64,000 bases of DNA, taken from assembly GCA_038203095.1 (NCBI GenBank), contig JBBREH010000001.1:431-64430 (forward strand), in the 5' to 3' direction. Under the pieces are notes generated by a model. The model was not told the DNA's origin. It saw only the letters and a program-made list of their open reading frames with translations, and did no database searches. Shown in pieces: positions 1 through 9,342 of this stretch; within the stretch, counting starts at the first letter, position 1, and every line of letters starts with the position of its first letter. Both the position numbers and the translations under genes were made by a program. Source of the stretch: Candidatus Doudnabacteria bacterium (lineage in GTDB: Bacteria > Patescibacteriota > Doudnabacteria > UBA920).

Positions 1-158
1 CGGGCGGATGAGATCCGCCCCTACACCTAGAGCCATATATTCTATACGACCCTAAATTCCATGTGATCAGATCCTCAACCTCTCGGATGTCAGCCAGAGA
101 CGGATATTCCTCTGGTACGACACTCAGGGCTCAGGATGATGCCAAATTATAAAGTTTA

Positions 159-319
159 GGACTTACGCCTTTCATCTAAATATTTAAAATATTGATGAAA
201 CCCACAAGGGGTTTGGTCGATTACTTCGTTATTTTGTTGTGGTTTTTGTCGACGTAGATAAACTATGCCTCCAAAAATCCTCACAAAATGCCTCGTACTC
301 GACCAAAGGCGTAAGTCCT
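159..319. repeat. Nested inverted-repeat element (about 160 nt)
   Basis: Outer 15-bp inverted repeat GGACTTACGCCTTTC (159..174) and AAAGGCGTAAGTCC (305..319). Inner TTTGGTCGA (212..220) and TCGACCAAA (299..307). Confidence 0.6.
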
Positions 320-433
320 GAAGTTATTACTTTGGAAGAGTTTTATCCACGCCATCTGCGTTAATCTGCGCATACAGATCCCTCGGATGTACTCGGGATG
401 AAAATTATAAAATAATTGGCTATTAAATAATTT

Positions 434-1942
434 TCATTTCTTTCTAAAAAATTGCGGCAACTTGGCGTCGCGTAGTTCGCGGATTCTTTGCATAATGCCT
501 TTGTCGTGTTCTTTTAAGTAGCCGCGGATTTTGTTGCGGGCGCCGGAGGTTTTGGCCGCGGTTAGCCATTCGCGGGAAATGACCGCCTCTTTTTTTGATT
601 TAATAATTTCCACCGTGTCTTCGCTTTCCAGTTCATCGTAAATACTCCGCATTTTACCGTTAATTTTAGCGCCCATCATATGAAAGCCAAGATCGGTATG
701 AACAGCAAAGGCAAAATCTATAACCGTGGCACCGGCCGGTAAATCTTTAATATCGCCTTTAGGAGTAAAAACAAAAATCCGACTGCGAAAAAAATCTAAT
801 TTCAAATGTTCTAAAAATTCTTCAGGATTTTGAGTTTCTTCCTGCCAGCTTTGTAGTTCTCTAATCCATTTGGCTTGTATTCTGCCTGCTGTTTCGGGCT
901 TGCCTTCTTCTGCATAAAACCAATGAGCGGCGACGCCGCGCTCGGCTTCTTCATGCATTAAATCAGTACGAATTTGAATTTCAAAAGTTTTTCCTTCGTG
1001 TTCAAAAACCGTGGTATGGATGCTCTGATAGCCATTAGGTTTGGGGGTAGCAATAAAGTCTTTAATCCGGCCGGGTACGGGTTGGAAGTGCTTGTGAATT
1101 ACGCCTAACGCCGCGTAGCAATCGGAAGTCGACTTGGCAATAATCCTTAAAGCGACAATGTCGTGAATTTTGGTAATATCGCCGTTGTATTTTTGGAGTT
1201 TTTTATAAAATGAATAAAGGCGTTTTATCCGTCCGCTAATTTCCAGGTATTTAATGCCTTCTGTGCGTAATGTGTGCGCCAGGCCTTTTTCCATTAATTT
1301 TACGCTTTCATCCCGGCTGGCAAGTTCGGTTTCCATTATACGCTTGGTGTCCTCATACTCCTTGGGATAAACAATTTTAAAAGCTAAATCTTCCAGCTCG
1401 TCTTTCCAGTTTCCAATGCCCAAGCGAGCGGCTATAGGCGCGTAAATTTCCAAAGTCTCGGTGGCAACCTTAATTTGTTTTTCCGGCGGAATGAATTTTA
1501 AGGTGGACATGTTGTGAATCCGGTCCGCCAGTTTGATTAAAATTACCCGAATGTCCTGGCTGGTCGCAATAAACAATTTGCGCAAATTTTCCACATAAAA
1601 TTTGTCCTTGCTGTTTTTCATGCGCACTTGGCCGAGTTGGGTAATACCGTCAATTAAGCGCGCTATTTCTTCGCCGAATTCATTCTTTATTTTTTCTAAA
1701 GAAACGCTGGTGTCTTCGGGAACATCGTGCAGCAAAGTGGCCACCAGGGTAGAAGTGTCAGGAAAAATTTTGCCCAAAATTATTGCGGCTTCACAGGGGT
1801 GGGTAAAATAGTCGTCGCCGCTTTTGCGTTTTTGGCCTTCGTGGGCTTTTTGGGAAAATTCATAAGCGCGTTTAAGCAGCTCCTGCTCCGAAGGCTTGAA
1901 TTTATGGGGAATGGCTGTTAAAAAATCAGCGAACTGTTTCAT
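434..1942 (-). CDS. rsh: RelA/SpoT-family (p)ppGpp synthetase/hydrolase (HD domain plus synthetase domain)
   Basis: N-terminal HD motif HDVPEDT; synthetase-like region; TGS-like C-terminus; 502 aa. Confidence 0.85.
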   Translation of the reverse strand: MKQFADFLTAIPHKFKPSEQELLKRAYEFSQKAHEGQKRKSGDDYFTHPCEAAIILGKIFPDTSTLVATLLHDVPEDTSVSLEKIKNEFGEEIARLIDGITQLGQVRMKNSKDKFYVENLRKLFIATSQDIRVILIKLADRIHNMSTLKFIPPEKQIKVATETLEIYAPIAARLGIGNWKDELEDLAFKIVYPKEYEDTKRIMETELASRDESVKLMEKGLAHTLRTEGIKYLEISGRIKRLYSFYKKLQKYNGDITKIHDIVALRIIAKSTSDCYAALGVIHKHFQPVPGRIKDFIATPKPNGYQSIHTTVFEHEGKTFEIQIRTDLMHEEAERGVAAHWFYAEEGKPETAGRIQAKWIRELQSWQEETQNPEEFLEHLKLDFFRSRIFVFTPKGDIKDLPAGATVIDFAFAVHTDLGFHMMGAKINGKMRSIYDELESEDTVEIIKSKKEAVISREWLTAAKTSGARNKIRGYLKEHDKGIMQRIRELRDAKLPQFFRKK

Positions 1943-2080
1943 AAGGATATTATATCACGATGGGCATTTTGATGTATAATTGGATTGACAAGATTGACAT
2001 GATTTAAAAGAATGGCAAGAATTTACTGCAGTCTAATTATGACAATCTTTTAATTCATTTAATTCTTGTTCAATCTTTTT

Positions 2081-3007
2081 ATGCCTGAACTGCCAGAAGT
2101 TCAAACTATAGTTAGCGAGCTTAATAGGAAATTAAAAAACCGAACTATAAAGTCGGTTGATGTTTTCGCGCCCAAAATGGTTGGGGTGGGTTCGGCGACG
2201 CTCTCTCCTAAAAGAACAGCCTCCGCCCAAACAGTAGAAAAATTTAAAATGCTGATAACTGGCAAAAGGTTTTTATCAGTACGCCGTCGCGCCAAGCTTT
2301 TAATTTTTAAGTTGTCGGGAGAGCTTTTTATGCTTGTTCATCTTAAAATGACCGGACAATTTATTTTTGAAGATAAAGTTTTGCGGGGCAAAACTTTAGG
2401 GAAATATCGGCTTTTGAATAAACTTAATGCGCCGTTAGTTCAGCTACCTTGCAAGCATACGCATGTGATTTTTAATTTTGTCGATCAGACAAAATTATAT
2501 TTTAACGATGTCCGCAAGTTCGGTTATTTAAAGTTGGTGCGCGTTGATGAAATATCCTCTGTTCGTGAACTAAACGAATACGGTCCTGAGCCGTTGGGTA
2601 AATATTTTACCGCCGGACACTTTTTGACGGCCGTCAAAAAGTGTCCGGACAGAAAAATCAAACAAATAATTATGGATAATAAAATTGTGGTGGGGATAGG
2701 CAATATTTACAGCGACGAAATTTTATTTCATGCCGGGGTCCGGCCGACGCGCTTGGTTAAATTACTGTCCGATGTTGAAATTAGCAGTATTTATAAATGG
2801 ATAAAGCCGGTATTAATAAAAGGCATAAAAGCCAAAGGTTCCAGCGTTGGCGACTTTGTCCGTACCGACGGCACCTGGGGCCAAATGGGCAAATTTCACT
2901 TTGTCTACGGACGTAGGGGGCAGAAATGCAAAAAATGTGGTACGACCATCGAATCAGTTAAGCTGGGCGGTCACACAGCTAGTTATTGCCCAAGATGTCA
3001 AGTGTAG
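2081..3007 (+). CDS. fpg: Formamidopyrimidine-DNA glycosylase (Fpg/Nei family)
   Basis: Starts MPELPEV (catalytic Pro2 after Met removal), so the true start is the ATG at 2081 rather than the ORF-track start. C-terminal zinc finger CPRCQ. Confidence 0.8.
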   Translation: MPELPEVQTIVSELNRKLKNRTIKSVDVFAPKMVGVGSATLSPKRTASAQTVEKFKMLITGKRFLSVRRRAKLLIFKLSGELFMLVHLKMTGQFIFEDKVLRGKTLGKYRLLNKLNAPLVQLPCKHTHVIFNFVDQTKLYFNDVRKFGYLKLVRVDEISSVRELNEYGPEPLGKYFTAGHFLTAVKKCPDRKIKQIIMDNKIVVGIGNIYSDEILFHAGVRPTRLVKLLSDVEISSIYKWIKPVLIKGIKAKGSSVGDFVRTDGTWGQMGKFHFVYGRRGQKCKKCGTTIESVKLGGHTASYCPRCQV

Positions 3008-3008
3008 A

Positions 3009-3061
3009 GTGCCCATTTATAGGCTATCTGAGACGCCGATGAATCGGCACGCTACACATAT
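3009..3061. repeat. 53-nt repeat element, copy 1 (intergenic, directly after the fpg stop)
   Basis: About 83 percent identical to 22366..22418. Contains a GCCGAT..ATCGGC hairpin and the shared core ATCGGCACGCTACAC. Confidence 0.7.
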
Positions 3062-3090
3062 GCTACAATAAACAAAGAAAGGATAGTCCA

Positions 3091-3342
3091 ATGAAAAAAC
3101 CAGCAATAATGATTACGACATTTGTGGTTATTTTGGTTTGTTGGTATTTTTTTGCACCAATACAGTGGACTTTTGGATTGCGTGCGCCCAAGAATTATCA
3201 GGAATGTTTGGATGTAGGAGGAAAATTGTTTTTATTCGGAAAAGGCGAATTTCAAATAGCTGAACTTCAACCCAGGGCCTGCTATTATAAAGATCAACAA
3301 TTTGATCCTTTTTATCCATTTAATACGCAGCTTACTAAATAA
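3091..3342 (+). CDS. Hypothetical small membrane protein
   Basis: 83-aa ORF with one hydrophobic helix; no recognisable family. Confidence 0.3.
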   Translation: MKKPAIMITTFVVILVCWYFFAPIQWTFGLRAPKNYQECLDVGGKLFLFGKGEFQIAELQPRACYYKDQQFDPFYPFNTQLTK

Positions 3343-3359
3343 AAATTAAATTTAATTTT

Positions 3360-3578
3360 ATGGAAACTGCTCAAAACCCATCAGGGCAAAAACAACCAAT
3401 GTCGCAGGATCAAATGCTCCTGGAAATTTACGAAAACACGCGGAAGACTAAGAATTATATGAAGTGGCAGTTGTATATTACTGTTGTGCTGATAGTTTTA
3501 CCGCTTCTGGCCGCGGTGTTCATTATTCCTATGGCCTTTAGCAGTTTAAGCAGTACGTATGGAAGTTTGTTACAGTAA
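3360..3578 (+). CDS. Hypothetical small membrane protein
   Basis: 72-aa ORF with a C-terminal TM helix. Confidence 0.3.
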   Translation: METAQNPSGQKQPMSQDQMLLEIYENTRKTKNYMKWQLYITVVLIVLPLLAAVFIIPMAFSSLSSTYGSLLQ

Positions 3579-3586
3579 AAAATCAA

Positions 3587-3705
3587 ATCTGCGAATGGAA
3601 CGAATCAACGAATAACTGCGAATCTGCGAATCTGCGAATCTGCGAATCTGCGAATTCGTCGATTCGTAGAATATTCGCAGATTCGTCTAATTCGTAAATT
3701 CGATA
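3587..3705. repeat. Tandem 8-mer (CTGCGAAT x5) embedded in a ~120-nt imperfect palindrome
   Basis: Five direct CTGCGAAT copies at 3616..3655. Left arm is rich in CGAAT units and right arm in ATTCG units, centred on GAATTC. Confidence 0.8.
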
Positions 3706-3710
3706 AATTT

Positions 3711-4055
3711 ATGCAAGATGACCGTTGGCAACAATTAGTTGAGACCGCGCAAAAACATTTTAAGAATGTGTCTTTGGGTTTGGAAGATTTAATTATGGAA
3801 ACAAAGGACGGACCGGTAAAAACCGGCACGCAGGATGTGTTAATTTTTGAAAATCCAGCAGGCCGTTTTAAACTGGTAAGAGAAAATAAACCGGTGGTGC
3901 TGGAAAAGAAAGAGCTGTATTCTCACCGCGCGGGACAAAGCGCCCAAACAAATTATAAATTTTCCGAAACCGAATTTTCCCACAAGTTAAGGGTTTACAA
4001 GGAAGTGGATTTTGAAGAGTGGGATGAAATAACCCTGGACAAGCTAGGAATTTGA
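3711..4055 (+). CDS. Hypothetical protein
   Basis: 114-aa ORF; no recognisable family. Confidence 0.35.
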   Translation: MQDDRWQQLVETAQKHFKNVSLGLEDLIMETKDGPVKTGTQDVLIFENPAGRFKLVRENKPVVLEKKELYSHRAGQSAQTNYKFSETEFSHKLRVYKEVDFEEWDEITLDKLGI

Positions 4056-4155
4056 AATTAATTGAAACTAAATAGAAATTAGTGGAAATTATGGAAAACA
4101 AGCAAGCGTATATTATTATACAAAACTTAGAAGTTTATAAGTTATCACGATTTTT

Positions 4156-5106
4156 ATGCTTAAAAATCGTATAATTTCTACGCTTAATTTTTTTGACCTA
4201 CAGGACTATCCTCTGACGCTTTTGGAATTGCACAAGTTTTTAATTTCGGACTGGGAGGGAATAAAACAGCAAACAGATAACCAAGGCGAAGTTATTGATA
4301 GCACTTTATTGGCACGGGAGGCGGTGTTAATTGATAGTATTTTGACCTGTGTGGATTCAGAATGCCGGGGCGAAGTCCAAAACACTTTGGGTTTTTATCA
4401 CTTGCCCGGCAGAAGCAGTATCGTACAAGTCAGGCTAAATAATTATTTTTTTGGAATTCAGCGCGAAAAATTAATTAAAAAGTATATTCGGAGTTTAAGA
4501 TTCGTACCTTTTGTCAGAGGGGTGGCTTTGGCCGGCAGCCAAGCCATGGGCCAGCAAAAAGAAAATTCCGACATTGATTTGCTGGTAATTTTGGCCCCAG
4601 GTTTTATGTGGCTGGGCAGGACTTTGGTGACTTTATATTTTCAAATTTTAGGCAAGCGGCGCCACGGCCAAAATATAAAAAACCGTTTTTGTTTAAACCA
4701 TTATTTGGCCGGTCCAAAAATGATTGGTAATTTTAGGAATTTATACACCGCGGCTGAATATCTAAAATTAAGGTCTCTGGTTTATTCCGGTGACATCGGT
4801 AGTTTTCAGCAAAACAACCTTGGCTGGATAAAAGTATTTTTCCCCAATACCAATATTAAATTGATTCCGAATAAGTCTTTGTTAGTGCAAAGATTTTTGG
4901 AAAAACTTTTTATTAACTCATTCGGCGATTGGCTCGAGCGTCAATTAAAAAACTGGCAGTTGCCTAAGATCCGCCAGGAAAAGTTTATTGTAGTCGAAAA
5001 TGATGAGCTGTCATTCCATCCGCACAGCAAACAGCAAATGCTGTTATCAGATTTTGCAAAATTCCAAAAGCAACAGGAGCGGGTAACGATAAAGCTGGTA
5101 AGTTAA
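4156..5106 (+). CDS. Nucleotidyltransferase-domain protein (Pol-beta superfamily)
   Basis: Motif GSQAMGQQKENSDIDLLV (GS-x9-SDhDh). Confidence 0.5.
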   Translation: MLKNRIISTLNFFDLQDYPLTLLELHKFLISDWEGIKQQTDNQGEVIDSTLLAREAVLIDSILTCVDSECRGEVQNTLGFYHLPGRSSIVQVRLNNYFFGIQREKLIKKYIRSLRFVPFVRGVALAGSQAMGQQKENSDIDLLVILAPGFMWLGRTLVTLYFQILGKRRHGQNIKNRFCLNHYLAGPKMIGNFRNLYTAAEYLKLRSLVYSGDIGSFQQNNLGWIKVFFPNTNIKLIPNKSLLVQRFLEKLFINSFGDWLERQLKNWQLPKIRQEKFIVVENDELSFHPHSKQQMLLSDFAKFQKQQERVTIKLVS

Positions 5107-5793
5107 ATCAAAATCAGTACTGTCAACTTGGGAGCGGATTTTATCGGTGGCAGTAAGTTTTAGGCCAGCTACTAAGGCACTGTCGGAATATTCTGCTAAA
5201 TCGTAATAATAAGAATCAATTTTTATATTTTTACCAAATTCTCTTTGGATTTGCTTGCCGCTTGCCGGCGAGTTTTTTATTATTAGTTTAGGTTTATGTC
5301 CCAACAATACATCGTACAAGCTTCGTTTCCATTGCGCGACCGGATAGGTGTGCGAAGGGTTTGGAATCGTAAAAATTAATTTTCCCGATGTTTTAAGAAC
5401 CTTCGCAACTTGAGCAAACATTGATTCTAGATTAGCGGTATCAGGCCCAACCATGTTTAAAATTATGCAGTCAAAGGTATCGGCCGGATAGGGGAGAGGG
5501 TGGATAAAATCAGCATTTTTAAAATTGATCTCGGGATAATGGCTTTGCGCAAATTTGATTAAAAAAGCCGACGAATCACAGCCTCGCACATCAGTGAAGC
5601 TTTTTCGGAGTTCTGCGGCCAGCCAACCTGAGCCGCAGCCCGCGTCCAAAATGGTTGATTGATAATTTGTGGATAGGCGCTTTTTAATTGTCTTTAAAAG
5701 GATTTCTTTTTGAATTTGACCGTTCTTGGAATTTAAAAAATCCAGGTATTTTAAGGCAGTTCGTGACTCTTTATAGTTTGGCATAACGCTCAT
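5047..5793 (-). CDS. Class I SAM-dependent methyltransferase
   Basis: Motif I ILDAGCGSGWLAAEL. Its 3' end overlaps the convergent ORF 4156..5106 by 60 nt. Confidence 0.7.
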   Translation of the reverse strand: MSVMPNYKESRTALKYLDFLNSKNGQIQKEILLKTIKKRLSTNYQSTILDAGCGSGWLAAELRKSFTDVRGCDSSAFLIKFAQSHYPEINFKNADFIHPLPYPADTFDCIILNMVGPDTANLESMFAQVAKVLKTSGKLIFTIPNPSHTYPVAQWKRSLYDVLLGHKPKLIIKNSPASGKQIQREFGKNIKIDSYYYDLAEYSDSALVAGLKLTATDKIRSQVDSTDFDLTYQLYRYPLLLLLEFCKI

Positions 5794-5837
5794 ATTATAC
5801 CACAGGAAAGTTGATGTTTTATTGTATTATCAGTCTA

Positions 5838-5865
5838 TTGACAAGAGTGATAAAAGCATTATAAA
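5838..5865 (+). promoter_or_regulatory. Candidate sigma70-like promoter upstream of groES
   Basis: TTGACA, 16-nt spacer, TATAAA. Confidence 0.35.
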
Positions 5866-5914
5866 ATTATCTTAGAATAAAAATAATTAATAATCAACTG
5901 ATTGCAAATATAAT

Positions 5915-6025
5915 TATCCACTAATCACAAATGGAAACAAATACTGCAAATTCAGTGATTTGAACCCCATTTGCTTTATCTGTGATTTGTGAATAATTTG
6001 TGTAATCAGTGATTTGTGGAGAACT
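5915..6025 (+). promoter_or_regulatory. Array of GTGATTTG / CACAAAT repeats between the promoter and groES (candidate operator)
   Basis: aTCACAAATgg at 5919, then cAGTGATTTGa, cTGTGATTTGTGa and aatcAGTGATTTGTGg. No CIRCE consensus is present. Confidence 0.4.
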
Positions 6026-6026
6026 T

Positions 6027-6323
6027 ATGAAAGTCAGACCTTTAGGCGACAGAGTGCTGGTCAAGGAAGTCTCGGGTGAGCAAACCACCAAAAGCGGGAT
6101 AGTCCTGCCGGACACAGCCGAAAAAAAGAAAAGTGGCGTTTATGAAGTAATCGCTATTGGCGACGGTGATGCCGCCAAACAATTTAAAGTTGGCCAGAAA
6201 GTCGTGGCCGGTAAATACAGCGGCGAAGAAGTTGAGATGCCGGAAGACAAAGACATCGAATATAAAATTTTATTCGTCGGCAAGGAAAAGAGTGAAAGTG
6301 ACGTAGTGGCAATAATTGAGTAA
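6027..6323 (+). CDS. groES: Co-chaperonin GroES
   Basis: MKVRPLGDRVLVK...GIVLPD...IAIGDG is the canonical GroES sequence. ATG at 6027. Confidence 0.9.
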   Translation: MKVRPLGDRVLVKEVSGEQTTKSGIVLPDTAEKKKSGVYEVIAIGDGDAAKQFKVGQKVVAGKYSGEEVEMPEDKDIEYKILFVGKEKSESDVVAIIE

Positions 6324-6446
6324 AATTTTCAATTTTTAATTTCTAATTTTCAATGAATTTGAAATTTTGGAATTTATTAATTAAAACATTATAAATTGTT
6401 TAAAAATTGTAAATTGTAAATTAAAAATTAATTCTTTTTGAAATTT

Positions 6447-8099
6447 ATGAGTAAACTTATTAAATATGGCTATGAAGCCAAGCAGGCTATTAAGGCCGGT
6501 GTAGACAAAGCGGCAAATGTAATTAAAGTCACCTTAGGTCCCACAGGTAAAACTGTAATTTTGGGCACAGGTTTTGGCACGCCCACGGTAACTGACGACG
6601 GCGTAACCGTTGCCAAAGACATTGAGCTAGAAGACAAGTTTGAAAATATTGGCGCTTCTTTAATTCAGGAAGTGGCCAACAAGACCAACGAGCAGGCAGG
6701 AGACGGAACTACTACCGCTACAGTACTCGCGCAAAAAATGATAGAAGAAGCTTTTGGCGCTGTGGCGATTAATTCTTCCCGCGCCAACGACATAAAAAAA
6801 GGCATGGACAAAGCCGTGGCTTTTGTGGTGGAAGAGCTGAAAAAAATGAAAAAAGACGTAAAGGGCAAAGAAGGCATTGAGCAGGTTGCCACCATAGCAT
6901 CCCTTGACCCGGAAGTCGGCAAACTTATTGCCGAAGCCATGGAAGAAGTTGGCCATGACGGCGTAATTACCGTGGAAGAAGGCCAAACAATTGGCATTGA
7001 AAAAGAAGTCGTTAAAGGTATGCGCTTTGATAAAGGCTTTGTTAATCCTTACATGGTCACCAACGCCGAACGTATGGAAGCGGTCTGGGACGATGCCTAT
7101 ATTTTAATCACTGACAAAAAAATCGCCAGCGTTCAGGATATTTTGCCGATTTTGGAAAAAGTCGCGCAAAGTGGCAAGAAAGATTTAGTAATTATTGCCG
7201 ACGAGATTGAAGGCGAAGCTTTAGCCACCTTTGTGGTAAATAAACTTCGCGGCACCTTTAATGTGCTTGCGGTTAAGGCTCCGGGTTTTGGTGACCGCAG
7301 AAAAGAAATGCTTCAGGATATTGCAGTTTTAACCGGCGGAACTGTGATTACTGAAGATATGGGTTTGAAATTGGATAAAACTGAAATTAAGGATTTAGGC
7401 AAGGCTAGAAAAGTTATAGCCACCAAAGAGCACACCACAATTGTGGACGGTGCCGGCAATAAAGCAAAGATTGATGCCCGGGTCAGCCAAATTAAAGCTG
7501 AGCACAAAAACTCCACTTCCGATTACGACAAAGATAAATTACAAGAAAGAATGGCTCGTTTGGCCGGCGGGGTGGGTGTTATTAAAGTAGGCGCCTTTAC
7601 CGAAACCGAAATGAAGGCCAAAAAGTTTAAAATTGAGGACGCACTTAATGCCACTCGCGCGGCCGTGGAAGAGGGGATTATTCCGGGCGGTGGCGTTGCT
7701 TTGGCAAAGCTCGCTCCTAAGCTTGACAGCTTTGGCAGTGAGTTAAACGATGGGCAAAGAGCCGGCGTAAAAGTTATTCGCAATTCTTTGGAAGCCCCGC
7801 TTAGGCAGATTGCAATAAACTCCGGTATTGAAGTTACGCCGATTCTGGCAAAAATTCAAAGCTCAACAGATGCCAACTTTGGTTACAATTTTGCCACTAT
7901 GATGGAAACAGACATGCTCAAAGACGGCATTGTTGACCCGGTTAAGGTTACCCGGTTGGCGCTTGAGCATGCTGTGTCTATTGCCTCTACATTAGTAACA
8001 TCTGAAGCTATTGTTGTAGACAAGCCCGAACCCAAAGAATCCGCCCCTTCCGGCGGCGGTATGGGTGGAGGCATGGGCGGTATGGGGGGAATGTACTAG
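6447..8099 (+). CDS. groEL: Chaperonin GroEL
   Basis: Full-length GroEL similarity with C-terminal GGM repeats. ATG at 6447; the track start at 6438 is a TTG. Confidence 0.95.
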   Translation: MSKLIKYGYEAKQAIKAGVDKAANVIKVTLGPTGKTVILGTGFGTPTVTDDGVTVAKDIELEDKFENIGASLIQEVANKTNEQAGDGTTTATVLAQKMIEEAFGAVAINSSRANDIKKGMDKAVAFVVEELKKMKKDVKGKEGIEQVATIASLDPEVGKLIAEAMEEVGHDGVITVEEGQTIGIEKEVVKGMRFDKGFVNPYMVTNAERMEAVWDDAYILITDKKIASVQDILPILEKVAQSGKKDLVIIADEIEGEALATFVVNKLRGTFNVLAVKAPGFGDRRKEMLQDIAVLTGGTVITEDMGLKLDKTEIKDLGKARKVIATKEHTTIVDGAGNKAKIDARVSQIKAEHKNSTSDYDKDKLQERMARLAGGVGVIKVGAFTETEMKAKKFKIEDALNATRAAVEEGIIPGGGVALAKLAPKLDSFGSELNDGQRAGVKVIRNSLEAPLRQIAINSGIEVTPILAKIQSSTDANFGYNFATMMETDMLKDGIVDPVKVTRLALEHAVSIASTLVTSEAIVVDKPEPKESAPSGGGMGGGMGGMGGMY

Positions 8100-8136
8100 T
8101 CAACAGACACACAGGTGGGAACAGATTGCACAGATA

Positions 8137-8169
8137 AAAATCCTGGCTCCGAAAGGAGCCAGGATTTTG
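8137..8169 (+). terminator. Rho-independent terminator after groEL
   Basis: AAATCCTGGCTCC-GAAA-GGAGCCAGGATTTT followed by a T-run. Confidence 0.7.
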
Positions 8170-8178
8170 TAATATAAT

Positions 8179-8397
8179 GTGCTTATGGGGAATTATGCAG
8201 AATCAGGTTCAGAATTTGGATCCGAACTAAACAATACTGAATTGTCGGATTTTATTATGACTTTTGGTTTTGATGTAAGACTTACTGAAACTTTAAATAG
8301 GCTTTTAGCTGATGACCGGGAAAACGTTTGGAGAGGTCGTTTATTAAGGATTTACAAGTTAGGGCAGGAAGAAAAGGCCTTAGAAAGCGATTTATAG
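8179..8397 (+). CDS. Hypothetical small protein
   Basis: 72-aa ORF; weak support. Confidence 0.25.
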   Translation: MLMGNYAESGSEFGSELNNTELSDFIMTFGFDVRLTETLNRLLADDRENVWRGRLLRIYKLGQEEKALESDL

Positions 8398-8520
8398 TAA
8401 CTACAAGTTAGCGCCGTAAAAGAATCTATTCAAACATTGAAAGATGATCTATCGCTGATAGAAGAGTTGGCGAATGAAAAATAATGGAATAATCTTTTAA
8501 ATAAGCCAAAAATTATATAA

Positions 8521-8563
8521 AAGACCAACTGGGCTTGACAAGTTGGTCTTTTTGGCGTATACT
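8521..8563 (+). promoter_or_regulatory. Hairpin with T-run overlapping a near-consensus sigma70 promoter
   Basis: AAGACCAACT...AAGTTGGTCTTTTT hairpin. TTGACA at 8535, 17-nt spacer, TATACT at 8558. Confidence 0.45.
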
Positions 8564-9342
8564 ACTTGGTCACGTAAAAAAACGTGTGTTTTGCATCTTA
8601 AAAATTCAATATTTAAGCAGTGTGTTTTTGCAGGAGAACATACGACTTTTATACATACCCTTACACCAATCTTCGCCAGAGCGATAAGCAATTACAGTAA
8701 AGTTGACCACATTATAAAGCGACTGATTATTTTAACGAGCATAAGTTTTGTTGGAGATTGGCGTGAGGGTATTATTCACAGATACGTAGAAGGGAACAGA
8801 TTGCACAGATAAATTATCTGCGTCATCTGTATTAATCTGCGCATCCGCGATCTCATGCTCCTAATTTCGTTAACCCGGATTGGGGGCGCTAGAGCCTGTT
8901 TAATAAATTGCTTTCGAAGCGAAATTTCAGAATTTTGAGCGAAAAACTTAAAGAAAAGCGAGGCGACACCAGGGCGTGTCGGTGAGCTTTGATGAAAGTT
9001 TTGCAGCCAAAATTCTGAAATTGCAGCCGAAATGAATTTATTGAACGGGCTCATACTAAAGCCGTATACTAAAGTACTAGAATAATATTACTATGATTCT
9101 CCTGTACTCAAGTCTACGGTTTTTAATTTTTACAAAAGTTTTGAGCTTGTATAGTTTTGCTTGTTTGCTACAAAATTAATTCTAAACATTTTCGTAGTCA
9201 TTTGTAGTGTGCTGATTTTGTAGATTTGTAGTTTGTTTCTGCAAACGTGGGCCATAAGGAGGGCAATTTATATTTTCCGTCCGAGACGGATAGGCCTTAT
9301 TACTTAGACCCACACTTGTGAAAATAAACATAGTTATTGATT

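Noticed and set aside
3616-3655. Tandem 8-nt repeats considered as a CRISPR-like array
   Set aside because: Units are 8 nt with no spacers, no cas genes and palindromic context; not CRISPR.
6660-6997. Antisense ORFs inside groEL (6660..6986, 6665..6997 and others) and similar nested ORFs inside rsh, metK and gmd
   Set aside because: They overlap strongly supported genes on the opposite strand or another frame; no independent signals.
8322-8345. AGGGCAGGAA resembling the RNase P RNA conserved region
   Set aside because: Lies inside a small ORF and lacks the flanking GGAAAGTCCGGGCTCC / ACAGAAACCCGGCTTA elements.
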